The notes under the pieces: generated by a model
Told to the model about the DNA's origin: nothing
The model's database searches: none
Seen by the model: only the letters and a program-made list of their open reading frames with translations
Position numbers and translations under genes: made by a program
Shown here: positions 47,636 to 56,638 of the stretch, piece by piece
How positions within the stretch are numbered: position 1 is the stretch's first letter
Layout of the letters: the number at the start of each line of letters is the position of its first letter
Assembly: GCA_965216755.1 (NCBI GenBank)
Contig: CBDCGL010000011.1
Coordinates: 576,001-640,000, forward strand
DNA length: 64,000 nt
From: Alphaproteobacteria bacterium
GTDB taxonomy: Bacteria; Pseudomonadota; Alphaproteobacteria; UBA7887
Direction of reading: 5' to 3'

Positions 47636-48109
47636 CTAGGCCACTGAAATTTCGAAGATCCCGTCGGCCTCGACAGCCACATTGCGGGGCAACACATTGG
47701 TTCCGACGGCGAACCGAGCATGCCGACCCGCGTCGCCGAACACATCGACCATCAGATCGGAAATTCCATTGGCGACTTCCGGCTGTCGATCAAACATATC
47801 GGGGCAATTGATGAACACGCCCAGTTTGACGCACCGACGCACGCGGTCCAAGTCGCCGTCGCAGGCGACCTTGAGTTGTGCAAGCATGTTGAGACCGCAC
47901 AGGCGCGCGGCGCTTTTTCCTTCATCAACCGTGAAATCCTTGCCGACCTTGCCAACGTAGCGTACTTCGCCATTCCAAAACGTTATTTGGCCGGCGATGA
48001 ACACAAGGTTCCCGGTGGTCACGAATGGTATGTAGTTCGCGGCCGGCGTGGCCGGCTGCGGCAGCTCAATACGACTTTCGGCGAGGCGTGCGTCGATTGT
48101 ACCTGGCAT
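47636..48109 (-). CDS. RidA/YjgF family protein
   Basis: PAANYIPF, FIAGQ, VANGISDL, GRHARFAVG and LPRNVAVE. Start moved to ATG 48109 after GGAGG. Confidence 0.9.
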   Translation of the reverse strand: MPGTIDARLAESRIELPQPATPAANYIPFVTTGNLVFIAGQITFWNGEVRYVGKVGKDFTVDEGKSAARLCGLNMLAQLKVACDGDLDRVRRCVKLGVFINCPDMFDRQPEVANGISDLMVDVFGDAGRHARFAVGTNVLPRNVAVEADGIFEISVA

Positions 48110-48272
48110 GGTCGATCCTCCGAATGCATCCGTGCCACCATAACGCCGTCGGGCGCCGTGGTTCCAGTGAACCGTGGCTTGCGCCATGGTGGCAGCCACA
48201 CGTTCGGCGACAGTTCACCATGATTCATTGTATACTGCTTCGGTTACGACTGACGGGGCAGCCGAACTTTAT

Positions 48273-49304
48273 ATGACAACGCCAAAGCTCGATGGTCTGC
48301 ATATGCCGGCCGAATGGGATGCGCACAGCAAGTGTTGGATGGCGTGGCCGAGCAATCGCGCGGTCTGGGGCGAAACGTTGGTGGCGGCGCAAGCTGCCTA
48401 TATCAATGTCGCGCAGGCCATCGCGGATTTCGAACCGGTGACAATCGTTGCCGATCCGGCGTCCGCCGCCGATGTCTCACTTCGCGGTGGGCGCGGGATC
48501 AGCGTTTTTGCCTGTCCGCACGACGACGCTTGGATCCGTGACAATGGGCCCACATTTGTCACAGATGGCGCTGGCGGCCTGGCCGGTGTCGATTGGCAAT
48601 GGAATGCATGGGGCGAGATCTACCCGGACTACGAAAACGATGCGGCGGTTGCGCGCGAGATCCTGTCGAACCTCAGAATGCGGCGCTACGAAGCGCCGTT
48701 GGTGTTGGAAGGGGGATCAATCCACGTCGACGGCGAAGGCACAGCCTTGACGACCGAGGAATGCCTGCTCAATCCGAACCGCAACGCGAAATTGGATCGC
48801 CACGCGATCGAGGACCTCTTACGTGCCTATTTGGGCGTTGAAGCAATCATCTGGCTTGCGGGTGGCCTACAAGACGACGAAACCGACGGCCACGTCGACA
48901 ACATCGCGTGTTTCGCCCGGCCAGGAGTTGTGATCGTGCAGTCGGAAGCCGATCCGAACGACGGCAACTACACGGTCCTTCAAGAGAATTTGGCTCGTTT
49001 GCGGGCGGCGACGGATGCGCGGGGGCGGCAAATTGACATTATTGAACTGCCGCAGCCGCGCCGCGTTGACCATGGCGAGGCGCGATTGGCGTTGTCATAT
49101 GTGAATTTCTATTTGGCCAACGGAGCCGTGATTGCGCCGCAATTCGACGACGCCGAAGACTCGCGTGCGTTGAACTTGTTGAAAGACACGTTCCAAGACC
49201 GCAGCATCGTGCCGGTCGATGTGCTGGACATCGTAAAGGGCGGCGGTGGCATTCATTGTATCACGCAGCAGCAGCCAGCCGGCGAGGCATTGCCGCCGCA
49301 ATAG
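48273..49304 (+). CDS. aguA: Agmatine deiminase
   Basis: MPAEW, DAWIRDNGP, LEGGSIHVDGEG, DETDGHVDN, SYVNFY and GGGGIHCITQQQP. Confidence 0.92.
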   Translation: MTTPKLDGLHMPAEWDAHSKCWMAWPSNRAVWGETLVAAQAAYINVAQAIADFEPVTIVADPASAADVSLRGGRGISVFACPHDDAWIRDNGPTFVTDGAGGLAGVDWQWNAWGEIYPDYENDAAVAREILSNLRMRRYEAPLVLEGGSIHVDGEGTALTTEECLLNPNRNAKLDRHAIEDLLRAYLGVEAIIWLAGGLQDDETDGHVDNIACFARPGVVIVQSEADPNDGNYTVLQENLARLRAATDARGRQIDIIELPQPRRVDHGEARLALSYVNFYLANGAVIAPQFDDAEDSRALNLLKDTFQDRSIVPVDVLDIVKGGGGIHCITQQQPAGEALPPQ

Positions 49305-49510
49305 CGCGTCAATGCGTTGGCGCGGGTGGTGCCCTGCCGTGATCTCAGTTTCATTGGGCAGTATCGGCGTTCGCCGCGGCCTCCAATGATCTTCAGGCGC
49401 GCGCACGACTCGGCTTGCCAGCGGTCATGTTGGCGGCGATCATGCCGGGCCCGTTGCGCCGGCGCCAGAATGGTGCGTTGACAGAACGATGCTTAAATTG
49501 AGGTGATGCG

Positions 49511-50161
49511 ATGAAACTTTACTATGATCCGATTACCGTGAACTGCCGCAAGGTTGTTGCCGGGCTTGATCTCTTGGGTGTGGCCTATGAATCGGTTCAC
49601 GTCGACTATTTCGGTCAAGGCCACAAACAGCTCGACTTCCTGGCCATCAATCCAAACGGAGAGTTGCCGGCATTGGTCGACGGTGACCTGCAGCTATGGG
49701 AGTCAAACGCGATCCTTGCCTATGGCGCCGACGTTAAGGGCGAGACATCTGCTTATCCGAGCGATCCGAAAGTGCGGGCCGACATCCACCGCTGGTTCCT
49801 GTGGGAAGCCAGTAAATGGTTCGACGGCTGCTATGTGTATTTGGTGGAGAACGTCGTTAAGCCTCTGTTGGGCGAGCAGCCCGACCAAGCGGTCTTAGAT
49901 GGCCACGCGCCGACCTTCCACAATCTGGCCGGTATCCTGGAAAAGCGGCTCGCCGGGCGCCAATGGCTTAGTGCCGATGACGTGACTTTGGCAGATATAG
50001 CCGTGGCTGCGCCGATGCATTTGCACAGTTTTCAAAAACTTCCGTTGGACGATTATTCCAACCTACGAGGCTGGATGGATCGCGTGGAATCGCTGCCCTG
50101 TTGGCAGAAATCCGATCCAATCCCGATCATCGAGAAGAATTTGAACATCAAACTGCGGTAA
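49511..50161 (+). CDS. Glutathione S-transferase family protein
   Basis: INPNGELPALVDG, WESNAIL and TLADIA. GAGGTG RBS. Confidence 0.92.
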   Translation: MKLYYDPITVNCRKVVAGLDLLGVAYESVHVDYFGQGHKQLDFLAINPNGELPALVDGDLQLWESNAILAYGADVKGETSAYPSDPKVRADIHRWFLWEASKWFDGCYVYLVENVVKPLLGEQPDQAVLDGHAPTFHNLAGILEKRLAGRQWLSADDVTLADIAVAAPMHLHSFQKLPLDDYSNLRGWMDRVESLPCWQKSDPIPIIEKNLNIKLR

Positions 50162-50296
50162 CGACGGCGACATGTCGCTTGCGCGGCAAAGGGCTCGTGC
50201 GGTCGCCTCTATCTTGCGATTTGATGCGACGTGCGCCCGACCGGTCAAAACGCTGCCGACCCGATGTGATTGACAACCGACTCTCGCGTTGTTCGC

Positions 50297-50331
50297 GTGG
50301 TGGGATCGAAAGAGCTGCTCGATCCCATCAC
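50297..50331. terminator. Stem-loop between convergent GST and SDR genes
   Basis: GTGGTGGGATCGA/TCGATCCCATCAC, a 13-bp stem with one G-T pair. Confidence 0.5.
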
Positions 50332-50361
50332 CACCAAGACAAGTGATTTGCATGGCTGCGT

Positions 50362-51129
50362 TCACGGCAGCATGACCAACCCACCGGACGCGACATAGGT
50401 TTGACCGGTCGTGAAGCTCGCGCGTTCGCTCAGCAAGAAATGTACGAGTTCGGCGATTTCTTCCGGCTGGCCGGCCCGGTTCAGCGGCGTCGCTGCATTG
50501 ATTTGCCGGCGCGCCGCCTCCGTGACATCGGCGGTCATGTCCGTCTCAATGAGGCCCGGTGCCACACAATTGACCCGAATATCGGGGCCCAGGGCCTTTG
50601 CACAGTTGCGTACGAAACCAATCACCGCGGCCTTGGATGTGCCGTAGGCGATCAAGCGGCCGTGCGAGATCATGTTCGGTACAAGACCGTTGATCGACGA
50701 AACGCAGACAATGCGGCCAAATCCGCGTTCGGCCATCTTGTCCTTGGCGCGCCAAACCGGATAAAACGTGCCGTCGACATTGACTGTCATTATCTCGTGC
50801 CAAATGTCATCGGACATGTCGGTTTTATCGCCCGATCGGGCGATGCCTGCGTTCGTGACCAACAGATCGACCGGGCCCAAGTCGCGCTCGATGTTGTCGA
50901 ACATGGCGTCATTTTGTGCCCGATCCGAGACGTTGGCCTGGTAGATTTCGCACTCGGCGCCGGATTTGACCACAATTGCGCGTGTTTCCTCGGCAGCGGC
51001 TCGGTTGGCGACATAGTTGATGGCGATTCGTGCTTGAGACTGGGCCAGCCGTTTGCAAATGGCGCGCCCAATACCGCGAGAGCCGCCGGTGACCAATGCG
51101 GTGCGATTTTCGAATTCTTTCCCGTCCAT
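50362..51129 (-). CDS. Short-chain dehydrogenase/reductase (FabG-like)
   Basis: TGGSRGIG, NAG, YGTSK and RVNCVAPG. Confidence 0.92.
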   Translation of the reverse strand: MDGKEFENRTALVTGGSRGIGRAICKRLAQSQARIAINYVANRAAAEETRAIVVKSGAECEIYQANVSDRAQNDAMFDNIERDLGPVDLLVTNAGIARSGDKTDMSDDIWHEIMTVNVDGTFYPVWRAKDKMAERGFGRIVCVSSINGLVPNMISHGRLIAYGTSKAAVIGFVRNCAKALGPDIRVNCVAPGLIETDMTADVTEAARRQINAATPLNRAGQPEEIAELVHFLLSERASFTTGQTYVASGGLVMLP

Positions 51130-51289
51130 ATCGCGCTATCCTCGAATCACGTTGTAGAAGTGCGGACACTGAACGGTCCGTTGCCAGCTTGCAATGTTGG
51201 ATCATCCGCCGCTGGGGTTTGCGGCAATCGCCCGGCGCCTGGCAACGGTCTCGATACCTGCATTTCCGCAGTACGCAGGGAGGAACGGA

Positions 51290-51565
51290 ATGAAGCACTT
51301 ATTGTTGATTGTCGCGGCGATGGTATTCACGGCGATCGCCGCATCCGCGATGGCGCAAGACGCGGACTATCCGATCGAAGCTTTCGAGGCCATGGCGCAA
51401 TGCGCGACAAACCCGGCGTGCCAATTGAAAGGTGAAGACAGACTCAGTGACTCGGTCGAAAGCGCCGCGGAAGTTACCTATACCGGAATATGCATGAGTG
51501 GATGTTGGACCGTGTGTAGCGCTGACGACTGCTGGTGCGAAGTGGACCCAAAATGTGAGCGGTGA
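51290..51565 (+). CDS. Small exported cysteine-rich protein (91 aa, 8 Cys)
   Basis: GGGAGGA RBS and a classic Sec signal MKHLLLIVAAMVFTAIAASAMA-Q. Mature part has C-x5-C ... C-x3-C-x3-C-x4-C-x-C-x5-C. Confidence 0.75.
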   Translation: MKHLLLIVAAMVFTAIAASAMAQDADYPIEAFEAMAQCATNPACQLKGEDRLSDSVESAAEVTYTGICMSGCWTVCSADDCWCEVDPKCER

Positions 51566-51640
51566 CGGCGCTTGTACGTTGAATTGTCGGTCAAGTCTTA
51601 AGTGGATTGTCGGTTCAATGCCGGTAATCGGGCATTGTCG

Positions 51641-52300
51641 ATGAATATTGCAGCGGACGCCTTTCGTGAATGGCTGGCGCCGCTGCCCCTTATCGCCATC
51701 TTGCGTGGTGTGAAACCGAGCGAAGTCGCCGAAGTCGGGGCGGCGTTGATCGACAACGGCTTCCGTGCCATCGAAGTACCGCTCAATTCGCCAGATCCGT
51801 ATCAAAGCATCGGCATTCTTTGTGACAAGTTTGGAGATCGCGCCCTGATCGGGGCGGGGACCGTACGTGATATTGCCGAAATCACTGATGTTGCCGCCGC
51901 CGGCGCCGCGTTGATCGTCATGCCTCACTGCAACGCGGACTTGATCGACGCGACCAAGCGTGCAGGGTTGGCGTGCGTTCCGGGTGTCGCGACGCCAAGC
52001 GAGGGGTTCGCCGCGCTGTCAGCTGGTGCTGACGCCCTAAAGTTGTTCCCAGGCGAGGCCATAGGGCCCGCCATTGTCAAGGCATGGTGCGCAGTGTTTC
52101 CAACCGATACTTGGCTGCTGCCAGTCGGCGGCATTTCACCGGACCGGCTAGAGCCCTATCTTCGTGCTGGCGCGAAAGGATTTGGTATCGGTTCAGCGCT
52201 CTATCGTCCGGGTATCAGCGCGAATGCCCTGAACGCAAATGCGGCACGTTTCTCTGCGACTTATGCCGGTCTTGGCGGTGGTGCCGACGGCTGTCCCTAA
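51641..52300 (+). CDS. dgoA: 2-dehydro-3-deoxy-6-phosphogalactonate aldolase
   Basis: PLIAILRG, IEVPLNSP, IGAGTV, LKLFPGE and LPVGG. Confidence 0.88.
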   Translation: MNIAADAFREWLAPLPLIAILRGVKPSEVAEVGAALIDNGFRAIEVPLNSPDPYQSIGILCDKFGDRALIGAGTVRDIAEITDVAAAGAALIVMPHCNADLIDATKRAGLACVPGVATPSEGFAALSAGADALKLFPGEAIGPAIVKAWCAVFPTDTWLLPVGGISPDRLEPYLRAGAKGFGIGSALYRPGISANALNANAARFSATYAGLGGGADGCP

Positions 52301-52394
52301 CCGCACTGGCGGCGGCGGGCAACGGAATGTTATCCAACTTGCGTTATCTGGGCGTGGTCCATAACGTAGCGCGCACACTTAACAATAGGCACCA

Positions 52395-53249
52395 ATGAAC
52401 GCCATGCCCCCATTCGCCCGTCTCCTGAGGCCCCTTGGATTCGTCCCTCTCTGGCTCCCGATGGCTCTCGCGCTGACGCCACAACCTGCGTCTGCTGTCG
52501 ATTTGACCACTCATCGCGCTATCTACGACATGCAGATGTTGGCGTCGCGTTCCGGTGGCGATCTCGCCGATATCTCTGGAAAGATGTTCATTGAGTGGCT
52601 GGACGCTTGCGATGGCTGGACCGTCACACAACGGGTGACGATGTTGTTTGTCCCGCGTGAGGGAGAGCCTTTTGAAAACGACTTCAGCTTTTCAAGTTGG
52701 GAGTCAAAGGACGGCAAGCAGTTCCGCTATGCGCTCAAGACAATGACGAATGGCGATATTACGGAAGAGGTCGACGGACGCGCCGATCTGAACCCGGAAG
52801 GTGGCGGAACCGCAAATTTCGTAATGCCTGATGAGCCGCCTCTGGCGTTGCCCGAGGGGACGGTTTTTCCGACCGAACATCTCTTCATGACCGTTGATCA
52901 GGCGATCGCGGGCAAGCGCATGCTCGCGCGCAATGTATTTAGCGGGACGGGTCCCGATAGCCTGAACCAAGTGACGGCCTTTATTGGGCGCGAGATTGCA
53001 CCCAATGCGCGGCCTTTGATCGGGCCGGAAGAAAGAGAACAAGCCATACTGGATTTAGGAAAACTGAAATCTTGGCAGGTCGATTTGGCGTATTTCCCGA
53101 TCGAAGGCGATGATGTCGAGCCCGAATTCGAAGTCCACTATCGCATTATGGAAAACGGCGTCGCGTCACATCTCGACCTGGACTATGGGGAATTCGCTAT
53201 TCGCGCGGTGTTGCAGCATTTGGAACTGCTGTCACCTGGCACGTGCTGA
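52395..53249 (+). CDS. eipB: Cell envelope integrity protein EipB family (DUF1849)
   Basis: Signal peptide, HRAIYD, ACDGWT, WESKDG, FPTEH, SW....YF and ENGV....LDYG. Convergent with dinB. Confidence 0.85.
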   Translation: MNAMPPFARLLRPLGFVPLWLPMALALTPQPASAVDLTTHRAIYDMQMLASRSGGDLADISGKMFIEWLDACDGWTVTQRVTMLFVPREGEPFENDFSFSSWESKDGKQFRYALKTMTNGDITEEVDGRADLNPEGGGTANFVMPDEPPLALPEGTVFPTEHLFMTVDQAIAGKRMLARNVFSGTGPDSLNQVTAFIGREIAPNARPLIGPEEREQAILDLGKLKSWQVDLAYFPIEGDDVEPEFEVHYRIMENGVASHLDLDYGEFAIRAVLQHLELLSPGTC

Positions 53250-54470
53250 TTTTTGATCGGTCGCCGAGACAAACGGTTCTTCATCTTCAGGGTTGAATTC
53301 TAATAGGTCGGGTGGGTCGGCGTCATTCGTGTCGGTCAGCCGACCGGCACCGATACCAATCAATCGATAGTAGGTTCCATCGACTTCCTTCTTCAGAAGC
53401 GACGCGGCGGCTTGATGCAGAACTTCCGCGCGCTGGGTGGGGGTTGACAATGTTGTGCTGCGCGTTCGTAGCTGAAAATTGGCTGATTTGAGCTTCAGCA
53501 CCACGGATACCGTCGCCGCCTTGGCCCGTTGCAGACGCCGCGCAACATGATCGCATAGTTCGCGTGCTGCGGCGTTAAGCGCATCGAAATCGCCAATATC
53601 GTTTCGAAAAGTGGTTTCGGATGAGACGCTTTTGCGCGCGCTACGTGCGTGCACGTGGCGCCCGTCTTCGCCGGCCGCAAAGCTGGCCAATCGCCCGCCC
53701 ATGCTGCCGTAGCGCATGCTCAGTGTTTCCGCGTCCACCCCTTGTAGCTGGCCGATCGTGTTGATGCCGTCGCGCGCCAGGCGCCGCGCGAAAGAGGGGC
53801 CGACACCAGACAAGCGCGCGACTGGCAGTGGCGCAAGAAATGCCCGTGCTTCGCCACGGCCGACCACCGCAAAGCCGCGGGGTTTGTCCATGTCTGAGGC
53901 GAGCTTGGCAAGGAATTTGTTATAGCTGAGTCCGATCGATACCGTGATGCCGACATCGCTTTCGATGTTGCGCGCGAGCTCGACCAGCAATCTGGATGGG
54001 CTCTTGCCGTGATCCGCATGCGCGTCCCTCATATCCAAATAGGCTTCGTCGATCGACATGGGCTGCACGGCTGACGAAACCTGTTCCATCATGGCACGAA
54101 CTTGCCGACCAACTTCTTGATAGCGCTTCATGTCGGGCCTGACGACCGTGGCATCGGGACACGCTTCCAGCGCCTTGAACATGGGCATTGCCGAATGGAT
54201 GCCATACATGCGCGCGATGTAGCAGGCGGTGCTGACTACGCCGCGGCGGCCGCCGCCGACGATCACGGGCTTGTCGACTAGGTCCGGGTTGTCACGCTTC
54301 TCCACCGCCGCGTAGAACGCGTCACAGTCTAGATGCGCGATTGCCAGCCTATCCAGTTCCTCGTGACGCAGAAGCCGTGGACTACCGCATGCCGGGCAGC
54401 GATGGGCGTCATCAACTTTCACCGACGCGGCGCAATCGCGGCACAATCCGGAAAGCGCTGTGTTCATCAT
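53232..54470 (-). CDS. dinB: DNA polymerase IV with N-terminal Zn-ribbon
   Basis: CRDC...CPACGS, HLDCDAFYAAVE, SIDEAY and KLASDMDKPRG. Start moved to 54470. Confidence 0.93.
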   Translation of the reverse strand: MMNTALSGLCRDCAASVKVDDAHRCPACGSPRLLRHEELDRLAIAHLDCDAFYAAVEKRDNPDLVDKPVIVGGGRRGVVSTACYIARMYGIHSAMPMFKALEACPDATVVRPDMKRYQEVGRQVRAMMEQVSSAVQPMSIDEAYLDMRDAHADHGKSPSRLLVELARNIESDVGITVSIGLSYNKFLAKLASDMDKPRGFAVVGRGEARAFLAPLPVARLSGVGPSFARRLARDGINTIGQLQGVDAETLSMRYGSMGGRLASFAAGEDGRHVHARSARKSVSSETTFRNDIGDFDALNAAARELCDHVARRLQRAKAATVSVVLKLKSANFQLRTRSTTLSTPTQRAEVLHQAAASLLKKEVDGTYYRLIGIGAGRLTDTNDADPPDLLEFNPEDEEPFVSATDQKSARAR

Positions 54471-55381
54471 TTCTGAGCTGGCCACAGCCAAGCCGCGCCG
54501 CGGACACCACTCGAGTCGCCGTGGCGGTTGTGGAGCAACTTCGTGACCACTGTGTCGGAGAAAACATATGGCTGCCACCGGGGAGGTACTGAGGCATACA
54601 GGCGTTCGATATTCGACAGGCCACCGCCGAGAACGATGCTGTCGGGGTCGACAATGTTGATGACGTGGGCGAGTGCCCGTGCCAAACGATGCTCGTAGCG
54701 GCACAGTGCGTGCTCGGCTTCCGTATCGCCCTCCGTCGCGAGAGCCACAATCTCGATGGCGCTGTGGTGGCGCCCTGAAGCTGTCTCGAAATCTGCGGCC
54801 AGGCCCGGACCTGAGAGGAAGGTTTCGATACAGCCACTGCGGCCGCAATAGCAATCGGGCCCCGGGATCTCCGTGGTTGCTGACGCCATATCCGGCCAGG
54901 GCAAGGGATTGTGGCCCCATTCACCACCGATTGCGTTTGCGCCGGTTAGGGCTTGTCCGGCGACGACAATGCCGCCGCCGACTCCGGTGCCGATGATGAC
55001 GCCAAACGTGACTCCGTCACCCGCGGCGGCACCATCTATGGCTTCCGATAGCGCAAAGCAGTTGGCATCGTTGGCCAGCCGCACGGGGCGCTGCAAGGCG
55101 GCGGCCAAGTCGACGTCCAGTGGTTTTCCGATCAAACACGTTGAGTTGGCATTCTTGATGAGGCCAGTTGACGGCGAGGTCACTCCCGGTGTTGCGAAAC
55201 CAATTGTTGCGGTCGTCCCAATTTCAACTTCAATCGCCGCAACGAGTTGGCAAATAGCGCGGATCGTGGCGTCATAGTCGCCACTGGGTGTGGCCACGCG
55301 CCGGCGCAGGCGGATCGCGCCGTCATCAGCGAGCGCAATCGCCTCGATCTTTGTGCCACCGAGATCAACGCCAATTCTCAT
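54467..55381 (-). CDS. ROK family sugar kinase (Mak fructokinase-like)
   Basis: RIGVDLGGTKIE, NDANCFALSEA, GTGVGGG, GEWGH and CYCGRSGCIE. Confidence 0.9.
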   Translation of the reverse strand: MRIGVDLGGTKIEAIALADDGAIRLRRRVATPSGDYDATIRAICQLVAAIEVEIGTTATIGFATPGVTSPSTGLIKNANSTCLIGKPLDVDLAAALQRPVRLANDANCFALSEAIDGAAAGDGVTFGVIIGTGVGGGIVVAGQALTGANAIGGEWGHNPLPWPDMASATTEIPGPDCYCGRSGCIETFLSGPGLAADFETASGRHHSAIEIVALATEGDTEAEHALCRYEHRLARALAHVINIVDPDSIVLGGGLSNIERLYASVPPRWQPYVFSDTVVTKLLHNRHGDSSGVRGAAWLWPAQK

Positions 55382-55474
55382 TTCTGAATCACGCTCATAG
55401 CACAGCAAGTCGCGACGTCACCGCCATATGTTCACATTTTGTACCGGATCGGTAGAAATGTCATGTGCCAAATA

Positions 55475-55590
55475 TTTCGGTGACAGTTTACTAAATATAC
55501 TATATATAGATCAGATAAGATACAATACCCTGTATATTGTGTATTTAGTAAACTGTCACCGAAACCACCGAAACACAAGCTCACCGAAAC
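55475..55590. repeat. AT-rich REP/REPIN-like palindrome with tandem terminal copies
   Basis: 35-bp arms 55475-55509 and 55530-55564 (32/35 complementary, outer 23 bp perfect) around a 20-nt loop. CACCGAAAC recurs at 55557, 55566 and 55582. Confidence 0.85.
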
Positions 55591-55595
55591 GCGAG

Positions 55596-56534
55596 CTAGG
55601 CGGTAACCACCCGATTGCGGCCGGCATGTTTGGCGTCGTACAGGGCCTTGTCGGCACGGGTCAACGCGTCTTCGGGCTTGGCATCGTCGCGTCTGAGTTC
55701 GGTAACGCCAAAACTCGCGGTGATCGCAATCGACTCACCGCCACTTGGGATTGGCGCCTGCGCCAATGCGGCACGGATCCGCTCGGCCACATCTGCCGCC
55801 GCTGCCGCCGCCGTTTCGGGTAACAAAATCGCAAATTCTTCGCCGCCGATCCGAGCGGGAACATCGACCGTGCGCAGCTGCGCCCCACAGATTTGTGCCA
55901 GCGCGCGCAACACATCATCTCCGGCCGCGTGACCAAATTGATCGTTCACGTTCTTGAAATGGTCCAAATCGAGCGATATCGCCGATAGCTGGTGAATGTA
56001 GCGACGACTGCGGTCGAACTCGTAACTGAGTTTGTCAAAAAACGCGCGCCGATTGGCGATACCGGTTAACGGATCGGTCATCGATAATTCCAAAAGGCTT
56101 TGCTCAAGCTTTTTCTGTTCCGTTATGTCGCGTTCGATGGCGGCATAGTGCGTCACTTTGCCGGCACCATCCTGCAATGGAATCAGGTTGAGTTCGATCC
56201 AGTATTGTGTGCCGGTCTTACTGTAATTCAACAGTGTCGCGCGTATCGGCTCGTGTCGCATCAGCGCTTCTCGTATGCCGCGTTTGACCTCCGGGTCGGT
56301 GTCTTCGCCTTGAAGCATGCTCGGCGAATTGCCAATGACTTCGTCGGGCGTGTAGCCGGTCAGGGCGGTAAAGGCAGGATTGACGTAGATGATCCTAGGG
56401 CCCGCCCGCCCAGTATCGCTCACCTGGGTAATGATGATGATATCGTTCGCGTTCTCGATGATGCTTTGAAAGAATTTGCGCGCGGTCATGTTGGTGAAGA
56501 GCCGATCATTCAGTGCGCCGGCATCCGTAGACAA
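55596..56534 (-). CDS. PAS-GGDEF diguanylate cyclase
   Basis: PAS (YVNPAF..LTGY, LQGEDT), TDPLTG..NRR, DLDHFK.VND.FGH..GD and RTVD..ARIGGEEF (I-site RxxD plus active site). Confidence 0.92.
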   Translation of the reverse strand: MSTDAGALNDRLFTNMTARKFFQSIIENANDIIIITQVSDTGRAGPRIIYVNPAFTALTGYTPDEVIGNSPSMLQGEDTDPEVKRGIREALMRHEPIRATLLNYSKTGTQYWIELNLIPLQDGAGKVTHYAAIERDITEQKKLEQSLLELSMTDPLTGIANRRAFFDKLSYEFDRSRRYIHQLSAISLDLDHFKNVNDQFGHAAGDDVLRALAQICGAQLRTVDVPARIGGEEFAILLPETAAAAAADVAERIRAALAQAPIPSGGESIAITASFGVTELRRDDAKPEDALTRADKALYDAKHAGRNRVVTA

Positions 56535-56638
56535 CCAGATTGACTTCGGTCGATTAACATTCTTGTTAACATAGGCCTAGGGCCGAATTGGCCAAGTTCA
56601 AGGCACGATCATGACCTCGGCGTCCCGCGTGCCCGAGG

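Larger units (their letters stand above)
47291..47639. mobile_element. 349-bp non-autonomous MITE/RIME-like element bounded by CTAG
   Basis: Terminal inverted repeats CTAGAGCGGCGCCCG (47291-47305) and CGGACACTGCTCTAG (47625-47639) match 12/15. Inner IR GTTCGCGGCC (47315-24)/GGCCGCGAAC (47596-605). Two long central hairpins. No credible ORF. Confidence 0.7.

Noticed and set aside
47291-47639. Retron msr-msd, attC or CRISPR reading of the hairpin element
   Set aside because: There is no reverse transcriptase, integron integrase or cas gene in the window, no GTTRRRY cores, and no repeat-spacer array.
47239-47745. 168-aa ORF across the structured element
   Set aside because: It overlaps ridA, has no protein-like motif, and the region is explained by inverted repeats.
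45025-51565. Radical SAM/SPASM enzyme plus Cys-rich peptide as a RiPP pair
   Set aside because: They are over 5 kb apart with unrelated genes between, the peptide has a Sec signal, and the enzyme has no RRE domain.
54471-54920. 149-aa N-terminal extension of DinB in the ORF track
   Set aside because: It is an alternative frame inside the ROK kinase gene. DinB homology starts at 54470.
55428-55823. 131-aa ORF over the AT-rich palindrome
   Set aside because: It reads through a repeat element and runs antisense to the GGDEF gene.
56554-56570. TTAA-N8-TTAAC upstream of the PAS-GGDEF gene as a CtrA box
   Set aside because: The spacer is 8 nt rather than the canonical 7, so it is not called.
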